Below are positions 20,005 to 30,533 of a stretch of 64,000 nt of DNA, in pieces. The notes under the pieces are model-generated. The model was not told the DNA's origin, ran no database searches, and worked only from the letters and a program-made list of their open reading frames with translations. Position 1 is the stretch's first letter, and every line of letters starts with the position of its first letter. The DNA lies in the NCBI GenBank assembly GCA_001774495.1, contig MFAE01000006.1, positions 5,356 through 69,355 on the forward strand. The letters are read 5' to 3'. The position numbers and the translations under genes were made by a program. Source of the DNA: Candidatus Campbellbacteria bacterium RIFOXYC2_FULL_35_25. GTDB taxonomy: Bacteria; Patescibacteriota; Minisyncoccia; Phycocordibacterales; UBA12079.

Positions 20005-21273
20005 ATGAAACAGCTAATAGAAAAATCAAAAGATAAAACATACAAATTTCTCCGCTGGACCGAAAAATGGACTAAAACTGATATGGTTTACCTCGCTAAA
20101 GGAGGCTTTTGGCTTACTTCGAGTCAGATGATAACCTCTATTCTTGGGCTTATTCTGACAATAATTCTTGCAAATAAATTACCAAAAGAAGTATACGGGA
20201 CATATAAATATGTTCTATCGTTTTTAGGCATCATTGCTCTCCCTTCAATATCAGGGATGGGTTCAGCCATCGCTCAGTCAGTAGCGAAAGGAAAGGAGGG
20301 TTCTTTCATACCGGCAATAAAAACAAAAATAAAATGGGGAACATTAAGCACAGTACTAAGTTTCATCTTCGCAATATACTATTACACCAACGATAATTAC
20401 ATACTTGCCTCTTCCTTTGCTTTATTAGGAATCTTTACCCCCTTCATGGAATCATTTGGATTATATTCAAATTTCCTACACGGGAAAAAAATGTTTGGAA
20501 ATATGAGTAGATATGATGTTTATTCATATTTAATTTCTGTCAGTATAGTTGGAATCACAACTTTTTTTTCCAATAGCGTATTAATTCTGCTCATGTCCTA
20601 TTTTGGATCGTGGACATTAGTCAGATTTATCTTTCTGCAAATAACAATAAAAAAATTCCAACCAAACAAAGAAAAAGATGAAAAAATGGTAAATTATGGG
20701 TGGCATCTAAGCGGAATGCGTGTCGTAGATACAATCTCTTCAAGCTTAGATAAAATTCTCTTATGGCATTTTCTAGGCCCAATACAGGTAGCCACTTATA
20801 GTTTAGCCATCTCGATTCCAACCCATCTCATCGACTTCACAAAGATATTTAACCGCCTAGCATTCCCAAAATTGGCTGAGCAGGAAGAAAGTTCTTTAAA
20901 AAAAATCCTGTTCCCTAAAATACTTAAATTATTTCTGATCACATTAGTATCTTTTATCTTATATATATTAATTGCTCCACTACTATATAAAATTTTCTTC
21001 CCACAATACAAGGAAGCTATTTTCTATTCCCAAATATTTGGAATAGCCATATTAACCCAACCACTAACCCTCATTGCCACTTCATTTACCGCTCAAGCAA
21101 AAACAAAAAAATTATACTGGGTCAATACATTATCTCCTATCTTCTATATAATATTATGTTTGTTGTTAATCCCAACACTAGGTATAATAGGAGCAATTAT
21201 GGCATTTTTAGGCTTAAAAATATTTAAATCGGTTTTATTAATTTATTTTTTTGTAAAAACTAGTGAAAAATAA
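20005..21273 (+). CDS. Oligosaccharide flippase (Wzx)
   Basis: Multi-TM; LANKLPKEVYGTY, DKILLWHFLGPIQVATYSLA, LIPTLGIIGA. Confidence 0.88.
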   Translation: MKQLIEKSKDKTYKFLRWTEKWTKTDMVYLAKGGFWLTSSQMITSILGLILTIILANKLPKEVYGTYKYVLSFLGIIALPSISGMGSAIAQSVAKGKEGSFIPAIKTKIKWGTLSTVLSFIFAIYYYTNDNYILASSFALLGIFTPFMESFGLYSNFLHGKKMFGNMSRYDVYSYLISVSIVGITTFFSNSVLILLMSYFGSWTLVRFIFLQITIKKFQPNKEKDEKMVNYGWHLSGMRVVDTISSSLDKILLWHFLGPIQVATYSLAISIPTHLIDFTKIFNRLAFPKLAEQEESSLKKILFPKILKLFLITLVSFILYILIAPLLYKIFFPQYKEAIFYSQIFGIAILTQPLTLIATSFTAQAKTKKLYWVNTLSPIFYIILCLLLIPTLGIIGAIMAFLGLKIFKSVLLIYFFVKTSEK

Positions 21274-22141
21274 AAATTTTAAAATAGACTTTCTGGGAGT
21301 AGGAACAATAAGGGGGGGAACAACATGGGTACATGAATGCTTAAAAGAGCACCCACAAGTCTGTGTTCCCACACCAAAAGAAACACATTTTTTTAACGAT
21401 TCATATAAATACCAAAAGGGGTTAACTTATTATTCTTCATTTTTTAAGTCCAAAAAATGTAAAGTGAGGGGAGAAATAAATCCCGGCTACTTAAACAACC
21501 CAATGATAGCTGAAAAAATAAAGAAAAATTTTCCAAATATAAAAATATTAATATTTCTTAGAAATCCAATCGAAAGAGCTTGGTCTCATTTTTTAAAACA
21601 CAAAAACAAGGGGTGCAATCAAATAGAAAAATTCGAAGAAATATTAAAAAAAGAAAATATTTACATAAATACTGGTTTTTATTACAAAAATATAAAAAAA
21701 TATATCGAATTATTTGGGAAAGAAAAAGTATTAATACTAATTTACGAAGACCTAGAAAAAAATCCTGAGAAATTTATTGAAAGTATTTATTCTTTTATAG
21801 GAGTTGATAAAACTTTTAAACCGAAGGTACTGAGTAGAAAAGTAAATTATTTAGGTTATAGTAATGCTTATCTCCCAAAATTAAATAAAATACTAATCAG
21901 GCCATCTAAATTGCTGCCTAAAAAATTATTAAAACTTCTTAAAAAAAGTCGTCTTATTGAAAAAATTTTCTTAAACATAAGAAAAATTATGTTTAGATTA
22001 AACACCTCAAAAAACCATCCTTACAACAAAAAAACGGAAGAAATTCCTTCAAAACTAAGAAAAGAAATGAAAGAAATATACAAGGAAGATATCCAAAATA
22101 TAGAAAAATTAATGAAAAGAAATCTAAATTTTTGGAAATAA
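21263..22141 (+). CDS. Sulfotransferase
   Basis: 5'-PSB GTIRGGTTW, PKETHFF, 3'-PB LRNPIERAWS. Confidence 0.9.
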   Translation: MKNKNFKIDFLGVGTIRGGTTWVHECLKEHPQVCVPTPKETHFFNDSYKYQKGLTYYSSFFKSKKCKVRGEINPGYLNNPMIAEKIKKNFPNIKILIFLRNPIERAWSHFLKHKNKGCNQIEKFEEILKKENIYINTGFYYKNIKKYIELFGKEKVLILIYEDLEKNPEKFIESIYSFIGVDKTFKPKVLSRKVNYLGYSNAYLPKLNKILIRPSKLLPKKLLKLLKKSRLIEKIFLNIRKIMFRLNTSKNHPYNKKTEEIPSKLRKEMKEIYKEDIQNIEKLMKRNLNFWK

Positions 22142-22144
22142 AAC

Positions 22145-23062
22145 TTACTCCTTTTCAGCAATAAACCAGATATAATTTACTCGACCAGTTAAAACAACTA
22201 GCCTACTTAAGCTAACGCCTACTATTTTTTTAATAAAACTATTTTTTGCGTATCTTCTTTTTGATTGATTATTCTCATCAAAAACTACTTTGGATGAAAT
22301 ACTTTCTTGTTTCTTTTTATCTAAAAGGCCTAACCTAAAAAGGGACTCTCTAATAGGTAAATTATTTTGATTAAAATCCCTTTTTCCTGTGGCAACTATT
22401 TTAAAACCTCCCTTTTTTAAGAGTTCCCTCAATGTATTTTTATTAAAATAATAAAGGTGTTCTTTATAAATTAACTTATTTTTATAATTAGATTTTTTTA
22501 TAGAATATGAATTAATATCAGGAGTTTCTATAATTAAACGACCTTCTTTTGGCAAAGAATCAAACACTTCTTTGATTGCTGCCAGAGGATCATTGAGATG
22601 TTCGATTAAATGGAACATTGTTACTACTTTTATATTATTTCTGGAAACAATTTCTTTTAAACCATCTTCAATAGTTTTTTGGTAAACAATTAAGTTATTT
22701 TTTGTATAAAATTCAGACGCTTCACTATTTGGCTCTATCCCTATAATATTTTCATACTCAGCATCAGACAGTGTTTTTAAAAATAATCCCCGGCCAGTAC
22801 CGATATCGCATAAATTTTTCAAATCAACATATTTTGAAAAAAGATTAACCCTATCCTTCATATCCAAGATTTTGGCATGAATTTTTTCATCATTCAGGTC
22901 AATTTTTTTTATACCTTGATTTTCATAATGTTTTATATCAACATCAAAATTTGCTCTCCAAACCAAACCGCATTCCAAGCACTCCCTCATCAAGAGATTG
23001 CTCATCAATTTTTCTGTCGAATCTTTATGGCACAAAATACACTTTTGAGGGGAAGTTTTCAT
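22145..23062 (-). CDS. Class I SAM methyltransferase with N-terminal Zn motif
   Basis: CILC..CLECG, DIGTGRG, GIEP, FHLIEHL, EHLYYF. Confidence 0.85.
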   Translation of the reverse strand: MKTSPQKCILCHKDSTEKLMSNLLMRECLECGLVWRANFDVDIKHYENQGIKKIDLNDEKIHAKILDMKDRVNLFSKYVDLKNLCDIGTGRGLFLKTLSDAEYENIIGIEPNSEASEFYTKNNLIVYQKTIEDGLKEIVSRNNIKVVTMFHLIEHLNDPLAAIKEVFDSLPKEGRLIIETPDINSYSIKKSNYKNKLIYKEHLYYFNKNTLRELLKKGGFKIVATGKRDFNQNNLPIRESLFRLGLLDKKKQESISSKVVFDENNQSKRRYAKNSFIKKIVGVSLSRLVVLTGRVNYIWFIAEKE

Positions 23063-23065
23063 TTT

Positions 23066-24040
23066 TTATTTTTCTAAAGAAAAAAGTACATCACCTTTTG
23101 ACATTTTTTGATGAATATCAAGTTTCGACTTAACTCCATTAACATCCAAACGATAAATAGTATAGCCTAGAGAGTTCATAAACTTAAAAACATCAAGTCT
23201 CGTTTCGTTGTTATTGACTTCACAAACAATATTTAATATTTTTTTTCTTTTCAATAAATTTTCCATACCTTTCAGCGCGTCAAGTTCATATCCCTCGATA
23301 TCTATTTTCATAAAATCAACTCTGTCTATATTGTTTTCAACGGCAAAATCATCTATCTTTAGTACATCAATCTTTTGTAATAGTTTTTTGTCATTAAATT
23401 TATCTTTATCAAATTTGAGATCTCCAAATTTATAAAACTTAAATTCAATAAAACTATGCCCCCCATTATTCAAGGGGTGCAGATATAGAGTTAACTTCTC
23501 GTTTTTGTTTCCTACTCCTTTATTTATGGCGAAAATATTTAAAAAAATATTTTCGTTTACATTTTTAACTAAAAAATTGAAATTGTTTTTTTCTGGTTCA
23601 AAAGCGAAAATTTTTCCCTCCTTCCCGACCAATGGCGACAATAGTATCGAAAAATATCCAACATTAGACCCAATGTCAAAAAAAGTATCTCCTTTTTTAA
23701 TGTTGTTTAAAAAAAAATTAGAAATATTAATTTCATAAAGTTTGTGAGAATAAATGTTCCTCTGATTCACTCTTGATAAATCAACATCAATCACCCCTCC
23801 TGTTTTTAATCTCTTTTTAACCCAATTTTCTTCGTAATCATCTCGAAACATTACGCACATCATTTGCTTCAAAAATTCATAAAACCAAAAATAATATCTT
23901 CCTCCTAATTTAAAAGATATATTGCAGAAAAAAACTACTACTTTTCTTTTTTTGTTTTTATCCAAAAAAGAGAAGAGGAACCCTAAGCAACCTCCCGCTA
24001 TTTGAATTATTCTTTTTAAAAAATTTTTCACTCTTTTCAT
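23066..24040 (-). CDS. FkbM-family methyltransferase
   Basis: FFDIGSNVGYFS, FAFEPE, DFMKIDIEGYE. Confidence 0.92.
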   Translation of the reverse strand: MKRVKNFLKRIIQIAGGCLGFLFSFLDKNKKRKVVVFFCNISFKLGGRYYFWFYEFLKQMMCVMFRDDYEENWVKKRLKTGGVIDVDLSRVNQRNIYSHKLYEINISNFFLNNIKKGDTFFDIGSNVGYFSILLSPLVGKEGKIFAFEPEKNNFNFLVKNVNENIFLNIFAINKGVGNKNEKLTLYLHPLNNGGHSFIEFKFYKFGDLKFDKDKFNDKKLLQKIDVLKIDDFAVENNIDRVDFMKIDIEGYELDALKGMENLLKRKKILNIVCEVNNNETRLDVFKFMNSLGYTIYRLDVNGVKSKLDIHQKMSKGDVLFSLEK

Positions 24041-25179
24041 TTTTTACTTACTAAGAATCTAAACAAATTATCAAATTCTTTAATAACCATACTAACACTA
24101 ATTTCGTTCGTTTGCCTCAAAGCCTCTTTCTTATCATAAGCCCTAGCATTCATCACATATAATTCTGGTTTCTCTCGATTGTCGATACAAACAACCCTGT
24201 GGATATCACTAATAGGAGGCTGTTCTCTTTCATCAATTGGACCAGTGATATCTATTGTAGCTACCCCGAAAGCTTCAGCAATATAAATTGGGCCAGTATC
24301 CACGCTAATAAAAATATTCATTTTTGAAATTAAAACTTTTAATTCATCTATATTAAACGCATCTAGTGTATTAAAAATTTGAGTATCTTTACTTAAGAAA
24401 CTAATCATTTCTTTTACCTCAACTTCATCCCTCTTCCCTCCAATAACAATGATTTTAGCATCATATTTTTTATAAATATAATCAGCCAATTCGGCGAACT
24501 TATCTGCCCCCCATTTTTTTATTTTATTTCCAGCAGAAGGAGATATTCCGATAACCAAATCATTTTTATTTATATTATTATTTCCAAAATAATTATTTAC
24601 TTTTTTATTTGCTTCATCAGAAAAATATAAATATTTTTTAGTATCAGTAACGAAAATATCAATAGGCTCTAATAGTTTTAAATACTCTCTGGGGGCATAA
24701 CTTCCCATTTTATGAGACATTGTAATAACCAGTTTTCTTAAAATTTTATATTCCCATACTTCATAAGGGGAATATCCGTTTTCTATAAAAGGAACAACTA
24801 TTGTTTTAACATTAGCTAAATATAAAATAGCCAAACTAACAAAATCAGGAGCTGTCACACAAGCAAAATCTACATTTTCTTTTTTTACTTCTTTAACAAC
24901 TCTTAAAAAATTATTGAATACAATATACTTGTTTACATCGCTGTTCCCTTCTAGAATATCCTTATTAATTTTATTCCCTACTACGATTACTTCACAATCT
25001 GGGTATTTCCCCTTCACCGCCCTAAACATTGGGGTGGTGCAAACCATATCCCCCAATTTAGCCATCTGAACAACTAAAACTTTTCTAGATTTATCTACTT
25101 TTTTATTCGCCTTACCTTTGTAGATAGAAAAAAATAAACAGAACAAAAGTAATATTATTTTTTTTATTTTAAAAATCAT
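24037..25179 (-). CDS. Glycosyltransferase family 9 (heptosyltransferase-like)
   Basis: KLGDMVCTTP, KKWGADKF, FISVDTGPIYIA. Confidence 0.88.
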   Translation of the reverse strand: MIFKIKKIILLLFCLFFSIYKGKANKKVDKSRKVLVVQMAKLGDMVCTTPMFRAVKGKYPDCEVIVVGNKINKDILEGNSDVNKYIVFNNFLRVVKEVKKENVDFACVTAPDFVSLAILYLANVKTIVVPFIENGYSPYEVWEYKILRKLVITMSHKMGSYAPREYLKLLEPIDIFVTDTKKYLYFSDEANKKVNNYFGNNNINKNDLVIGISPSAGNKIKKWGADKFAELADYIYKKYDAKIIVIGGKRDEVEVKEMISFLSKDTQIFNTLDAFNIDELKVLISKMNIFISVDTGPIYIAEAFGVATIDITGPIDEREQPPISDIHRVVCIDNREKPELYVMNARAYDKKEALRQTNEISVSMVIKEFDNLFRFLVSKK

Positions 25180-25181
25180 TT

Positions 25182-26258
25182 TTATTTTATAAAATCAATC
25201 ACCTGCTCAGATCTTTCCCTCCATGTATAATTTTGAACATCAAAAAAAGATTGCTCTGATATTTTAACACCTAACTCATTATTATTTAAAATTCGACTAA
25301 TACCCTCAGCCAATTTTTTTGAATTATCAGGCTCAACCAAGACTGCATTACCTTCATTAAGAATCTCTCTGATAGACGGCAAATCTGATGCTACAATAGG
25401 AGTTTTTCCTGCCATATATTCAAACATCTTTAAAGGAGACGTGTAGTACTTAGAAATATCCTCTTTGGCTGTGTTGGGCAACACAACAACATCGGCTGAT
25501 TTTATCCAAAATGGCATTTCTTCATGTGGGCGGGAACCTACTAATAAAATATTCTTATATCTTATATTTTTATTTTTAAAATCCTCGACATGATGTTCTT
25601 TTCCTCCCACAAAAACTATCATGGAATTATCGCTCAGGTATTGGGACGATTCAGCCAAAGTTTGAACACCCTTCCATTCGTACAAGAGGCCAATATAAAC
25701 AATGATTTTTTTACCCAACGGTAAATTGAGTTTTTTTCTAGCCTCCTCTTTAGAAATTTCAATATCAAATTTTTTAATATTTACTCCGTCAGGGGAAACA
25801 AAAACATTATTTGTGTTCTGTATGACTTCAGCGAATTTACTTTTTATATATTTTGTTAAAACAATGACTTTATCACTCTTTTCTAAAATATATTTATACC
25901 AAAATGATTTTTTAGAATTGAAATCATGCGCCTCGTAGATAAACTTTAATGGCAACCTAAAAAATAATTTATTATAAAAAATAAGAAAAAATAAAAGCTT
26001 TTCTTCTCGACAATAGATATGAGTAAATTTGTTTTTTTTAATAAAAAATAGATATTTCAAGGACAACAAAAAACTTCGCGAAGATCCTTCTATATTTTTA
26101 ATATTCAAACGAGAGTCTTCTTTTATTTTTATATCTTTTCCGCCTAAAACAAAATTTTCTTTTAAAATACTTTGAAATTCCTGAGACATCTGAATAATTT
26201 GCAGTCTATTCGTCTGGTATGAGGGGAAACTTATTGATGTAGCATATAATAATTTCAT
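25182..26258 (-). CDS. Glycosyltransferase family 4
   Basis: YEAH, PDGV, KGVQTL, SPLKMFEYMAGKTPIVASD. Confidence 0.9.
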   Translation of the reverse strand: MKLLYATSISFPSYQTNRLQIIQMSQEFQSILKENFVLGGKDIKIKEDSRLNIKNIEGSSRSFLLSLKYLFFIKKNKFTHIYCREEKLLFFLIFYNKLFFRLPLKFIYEAHDFNSKKSFWYKYILEKSDKVIVLTKYIKSKFAEVIQNTNNVFVSPDGVNIKKFDIEISKEEARKKLNLPLGKKIIVYIGLLYEWKGVQTLAESSQYLSDNSMIVFVGGKEHHVEDFKNKNIRYKNILLVGSRPHEEMPFWIKSADVVVLPNTAKEDISKYYTSPLKMFEYMAGKTPIVASDLPSIREILNEGNAVLVEPDNSKKLAEGISRILNNNELGVKISEQSFFDVQNYTWRERSEQVIDFIK

Positions 26259-26261
26259 TGT

Positions 26262-27431
26262 TTATTCTAAATCTAATGCTTTTAAATATTGATTTAATAT
26301 TTTTTTTGAATCAAAATCTTCTCCCCTCATTAAACTAAGTCCTGAATATTTTTCTCTCAAACCCTTATCACTTAATAATTTTTGTACCGCTTCTGAAGTT
26401 TCTTTTACCCCGCCCATAGGAACTAGTATTCCATATTTTCCGTATTCGATACCTTCATCCATACGATACAATAGGTCTGTATCCGGAGCAATCATTTCTC
26501 TAGGCCCCGAACTGCAATCTGTGGCTACAACAGGAACCCCACAAACCATTGCTTCCTGAAGTGAATTAGAAAAACCCTCCCAAATTGAGGTAGTAACAAA
26601 GACATCAGCCTTTGTCATAAAAGAATACGAATTTTCAGAAAAACCAAAAAAATCAACATCTTCTCTTACCCCTAATTCTTTGGCAAGCTCTTCCATTTTC
26701 TTTTGTTCACGACCGATACCAACAAATAAAATACGGGATGGTACATTTTTTCGAACTTCTTTAAAAGCCTTCATTAAAGTGGGAATGTCTTTTTGCACCC
26801 TCAACCTACCGACAAATAAAATTACTGGTAAATCTTTATTATCCAACCAAATATGCCCCGTTTTTTCCTTTCCCATTCTCTTTATCTCCTCAACTGATTT
26901 TGGGTTATGAATTACTTTTATTTTATCTTTTGGGATTTTAAAAACTTTTGAAATATCATCGGCCACCCCAAAAGAATTTGCTATAAAAATATCAGAATAC
27001 TTATATATCCTTTTTGTTATAAAAGGAATTAAAAAACCTTGTTTGAAACCTTTGTATTGAGAAAATAATATTGAGAACATATTTCCCATTCGAAAAACTA
27101 CTTTTGTTTCGACTCTTGCTATCTTTTTTGAAACTAGTGAAATAATATGGGTAAACTCATCAGTAGCGATTAAAATATCTGGTTTATTTTTTTTAAGATA
27201 AGAAATCATCTTAGGAATGCTAAAAATTATTCTCCCAACATTTAAATCAATAATGTTTATCCCCTCCTTAACTTGTTCTTTATATTGCCCAACTGGTTTT
27301 ATAACTGGCATATCAACCTTAAACCCTAAATCGGCGAAACCATTGGCCAAATTAACCAGATTTCTCTCGCCCCCTCCGGCTCGAAATGACGACAGAAATA
27401 TTGCTATTTTTTTATTTTTTTTATCTTCCAT
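26262..27431 (-). CDS. Glycosyltransferase family 4
   Basis: GGGER, VGRLRVQKD, EGFSNSLQEAMVCGVPVVATDC. Confidence 0.92.
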   Translation of the reverse strand: MEDKKNKKIAIFLSSFRAGGGERNLVNLANGFADLGFKVDMPVIKPVGQYKEQVKEGINIIDLNVGRIIFSIPKMISYLKKNKPDILIATDEFTHIISLVSKKIARVETKVVFRMGNMFSILFSQYKGFKQGFLIPFITKRIYKYSDIFIANSFGVADDISKVFKIPKDKIKVIHNPKSVEEIKRMGKEKTGHIWLDNKDLPVILFVGRLRVQKDIPTLMKAFKEVRKNVPSRILFVGIGREQKKMEELAKELGVREDVDFFGFSENSYSFMTKADVFVTTSIWEGFSNSLQEAMVCGVPVVATDCSSGPREMIAPDTDLLYRMDEGIEYGKYGILVPMGGVKETSEAVQKLLSDKGLREKYSGLSLMRGEDFDSKKILNQYLKALDLE

Positions 27432-27435
27432 CTTT

Positions 27436-28470
27436 TTATAATTCTTTTTTTATATAATCAAAGATTATCTCTTTGGGGACAATCTCAAAGCACTTATTTT
27501 CTCCTCTATTATTTTTAACAATATGATCTAATCCTGAATAAATGCCATCTTCGGATTCTCTTAATTTATATAGTATCGTTGCATTTTTATTATAGTAAGG
27601 CAACCAGTTTAAAGTTCCATTATTAGCGATAACCAAAGATTTTTTGTTTATGAAAGAAGCAAGGTGGGTTACCCCTGTATCAACACCAATAAAACAGATT
27701 GAGTTATTGATGAGATTAAGAAGGCAATTAGGATTTAACCCGCTGACAATTTTAACTCTTGAATCTTTTAAAAAATAATTTTCGATCTCCCTCGTGTAAT
27801 CTTTGTCTGAATTTCCTGCAGTTAACAGTATCTCAGTATTTTCATCTAAATCTAAAATATTTTCCAAAACCCAAATGATGTCTTTATTATTTATACTTCT
27901 TTTTCTAACAGAGCCAAATGGATGAAACACTAAATATTTCTTATCTTTGACACCAAATTTTTCTAGACAATCCAAATTGGGTAAATACCGAAGACTAGGA
28001 ACATTTTTTTTTAAACTAAATCCAATCTCCTGCAATAAATTCTTCATTACATCCAAATAAAAAATCGTTGTGTCGAATTTAAAAAATTTATCATAAAAAA
28101 AATTAAATTTACTTAAATCTTTAAACCCAACCAAAAAACTTCTTGGCATCAAAGAAATAATTCTGGCTAAAATTTTCACCCTAAGCGGAATTGAACCAGC
28201 GGTAGGAGGAACGACAACGTAGTTAGAGTCAAATAAAAACTTTACTAAAGGGACACCTAAATTACTTTTATTTGCCTCAACAACATTAAGATAATTATAA
28301 GAAATAATCATTTCTTTAAAAAAAGACTTATTTCTAGGAACAACTATATATAAATTAAGTTTGGGATTAGAAAGATGGACATTTTCCATAAAAAAAATAG
28401 TCATAAGAAAATCACCAATTGATCCGTTTTGAAAAAAAAATAAATTTTTTATAGACTGAAAATTATTCAT
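27436..28470 (-). CDS. Glycosyltransferase family 9
   Basis: SIGDFLM, VFHPFGS, FIGVDTGVTHLAS; start moved to ATG 28470. Confidence 0.85.
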   Translation of the reverse strand: MNNFQSIKNLFFFQNGSIGDFLMTIFFMENVHLSNPKLNLYIVVPRNKSFFKEMIISYNYLNVVEANKSNLGVPLVKFLFDSNYVVVPPTAGSIPLRVKILARIISLMPRSFLVGFKDLSKFNFFYDKFFKFDTTIFYLDVMKNLLQEIGFSLKKNVPSLRYLPNLDCLEKFGVKDKKYLVFHPFGSVRKRSINNKDIIWVLENILDLDENTEILLTAGNSDKDYTREIENYFLKDSRVKIVSGLNPNCLLNLINNSICFIGVDTGVTHLASFINKKSLVIANNGTLNWLPYYNKNATILYKLRESEDGIYSGLDHIVKNNRGENKCFEIVPKEIIFDYIKKEL

Positions 28471-29119
28471 GGTGGATCTTCTTGTTTTTGGCCTCAAATA
28501 AAATCATAAAAGAAAACATTCCCGGCCAAATTTTATCCAAAGAAATAAAACGCCCCAAAGGAAATAGACCCACATCATTAAAATATTTTTTAAACAAATT
28601 GTTTAACTCCCTTCTAGAAAAGTGATTAATATGAGTTGGGTCGTGCAAAGGGGTAGCTTTTTTCTTCCCAAAAAATAACCTGATTCTGTTCTTTAAACTA
28701 AAAGCATTCGGAACAGAACCCAATAAAGCACCTTCGGGTTTTAATATAAACGAAATTTTTTGAATTATTTTTTCAGGATAATATAAATGTTCCAAAATCT
28801 CACCAGCAACAACTATGTCAAAACTATTTTCTAAAAAACCCCAGTCTTCATATAGATTTAAATGTTTTGTTTCTATATTTAATTGAGATTTTGCCTTCTC
28901 TAAAGACTCCTCATCAACATCAACCCCTAAAACGCTATTACCCGCGCAATAAGTTTTGGTTAATTCACCATCACGACACCCAATATCTAAAATTCTTTTC
29001 CCTTTTCCGATCCTTTCTCTTAAAAAAGAGCCTCTTTCATCACCAAAAAGTGTTTTCCCTCTCCTCCCCCCATCTCTATGGTGCTCTGTATAAATTTTTT
29101 TTAAAGAATCATTATTCAT
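28463..29119 (-). CDS. Class I SAM methyltransferase
   Basis: ILDIGCRDG, GVD, FDIVVAGEILEHL, LKPEG. Confidence 0.88.
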   Translation of the reverse strand: MNNDSLKKIYTEHHRDGGRRGKTLFGDERGSFLRERIGKGKRILDIGCRDGELTKTYCAGNSVLGVDVDEESLEKAKSQLNIETKHLNLYEDWGFLENSFDIVVAGEILEHLYYPEKIIQKISFILKPEGALLGSVPNAFSLKNRIRLFFGKKKATPLHDPTHINHFSRRELNNLFKKYFNDVGLFPLGRFISLDKIWPGMFSFMILFEAKNKKIHHE

Positions 29120-30161
29120 ATATACTTTTTATTTTTTTAATTAAGTTTCCAATACTATGATTACCAGCAACGGTGTTCCTTAATTCAATACCTAAAGATT
29201 TTCTGCCTTTATCTCCAAGATCAAACATTTCTTTTATTTTATCACATAAAATAACAAAATCATTTTTAGGAAACATTAAACGTTCCTTGAAACCACCCAA
29301 AACCTCCAGAAAAGCTTCGTTGCAATTTAAGATAGGAATTCCGCAGGCCATTGATTCCAAAACTGTCTTGTCTAAACTTCCTGTGTGACTTGTATTAACA
29401 AACAAATCGGACTCCTTTAGATACTTTGGTATCTCGCTATTTGAAACGGGCCCAACAAAAATAATATTATTTTCTAAATTCTTTTGACGCACCATTAATT
29501 TTAATGAATCAAAATACTTTTCCTGTTCAGACAAAACAACACCCCCGATAATCCTAAGCTTTATATTTATTCCACCGCTAACAAGCTTTTCGATTGCCTT
29601 TATCAAAGTTTCATAATCTTTCACAGGAGAAATCCTGCCAACAGTTACGACACTAAAAATAGTAGGTTTTATTATATTCAAACCTGGTTTGAAAATTTCT
29701 AGATTAATTCCTTGTCCAACGACTTTCTTTTTTTTACTATCTATACGAAAGCCGCTTTCTGTGGAAGTAAAAACATGATTGGTGATTTTTTCTGCTATTC
29801 TCAAGCTAAAAGGAACAGACCCGTGAGCATACCATAAACCAACTTTTTTACCCCACAATCGCCAAAATAGACCTCCTAGGAGCACATAAACTTGGTTCAT
29901 ATGTACAAAAACTTGCTCATAACCGGCTCTTTCTTGCCAAATGTATTTATAAAAATTTAAAATGTATTTTAGTTTAGAAACACCCCTCTCTTTCCCAAGA
30001 GAAAGGACCTTCACATTTTCAGGCAAATCATGTTTTCCTTCATAAAGACAGATAACTGTTACCTTTTCATAGTTTTTAGCGAACTCCAAAATCCACCCAT
30101 GGAAGAAACCAAGGACGTCATCATTTTTGTCTACTTTTTGTGTGAGTATTAGTAATTTCAT
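29112..30161 (-). CDS. Glycosyltransferase family 4
   Basis: MKLLILTQKVD, VGRISPVKD, SLDKTVLESMACG; start moved to ATG 30161. Confidence 0.9.
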   Translation of the reverse strand: MKLLILTQKVDKNDDVLGFFHGWILEFAKNYEKVTVICLYEGKHDLPENVKVLSLGKERGVSKLKYILNFYKYIWQERAGYEQVFVHMNQVYVLLGGLFWRLWGKKVGLWYAHGSVPFSLRIAEKITNHVFTSTESGFRIDSKKKKVVGQGINLEIFKPGLNIIKPTIFSVVTVGRISPVKDYETLIKAIEKLVSGGINIKLRIIGGVVLSEQEKYFDSLKLMVRQKNLENNIIFVGPVSNSEIPKYLKESDLFVNTSHTGSLDKTVLESMACGIPILNCNEAFLEVLGGFKERLMFPKNDFVILCDKIKEMFDLGDKGRKSLGIELRNTVAGNHSIGNLIKKIKSIYE

Positions 30162-30163
30162 TA

Positions 30164-30343
30164 TTACTTTTTCCAATCTTTAATTACTATTTTTTTATTT
30201 TTTTTATCTACATTAACAACAAGTTTCTGTGATTTTATCCAACCCAAATCTCTGATCCCTTCAATAGGCAAGGTAACAAAGTATGTAGGACCATTTTTTG
30301 CTAATTTTCGAATATTTCTATCTTCTAGTTTTCTTCTTGCCAT
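30164..30343 (-). CDS. Unannotated AbrB/MazE/SpoVT-like DNA-binding protein (59 aa)
   Basis: MARRKLEDRNIRKLAKNGPTYFVTLPIEGIRDLGWIKSQKLVVNVDKKNKKIVIKDWKK; swapped-hairpin pattern VTLP...LGW...L.V; stop is 2 nt before the GT4 start. Confidence 0.75.
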   Translation of the reverse strand: MARRKLEDRNIRKLAKNGPTYFVTLPIEGIRDLGWIKSQKLVVNVDKKNKKIVIKDWKK

Positions 30344-30355
30344 AATAAGTAAATT

Positions 30356-30395
30356 TTAACTGTATAATTAACTGTACAGTTAATTATACAGTTAA
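30356..30395. promoter_or_regulatory. 40-bp perfect palindrome, putative operator
   Basis: TTAACTGTATAATTAACTGT|ACAGTTAATTATACAGTTAA, 12 nt upstream of the AbrB-like ATG; contains TATAAT on both strands. Confidence 0.7.
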
Positions 30396-30459
30396 TTCTA
30401 GTTAAAACAATTTTTTCATGCTACTATTTTGAGTATTGGTATTGTATATAAGATATTCA

Positions 30460-30521
30460 CATAATATACAATATTTCGTTATTAATAGTTCGAAATTTCG
30501 TATAAAAACGAGTTATGTGTA
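30460..30521 (+). other. Integron cassette left boundary (attI-like region ending in core GTTATGT)
   Basis: GTTATGTGTA (30512-30521) is the exact reverse complement of TACACATAAC (31150-31159) at the cassette end. Confidence 0.6.
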
Positions 30522-30533
30522 ATTTATTTTTTC

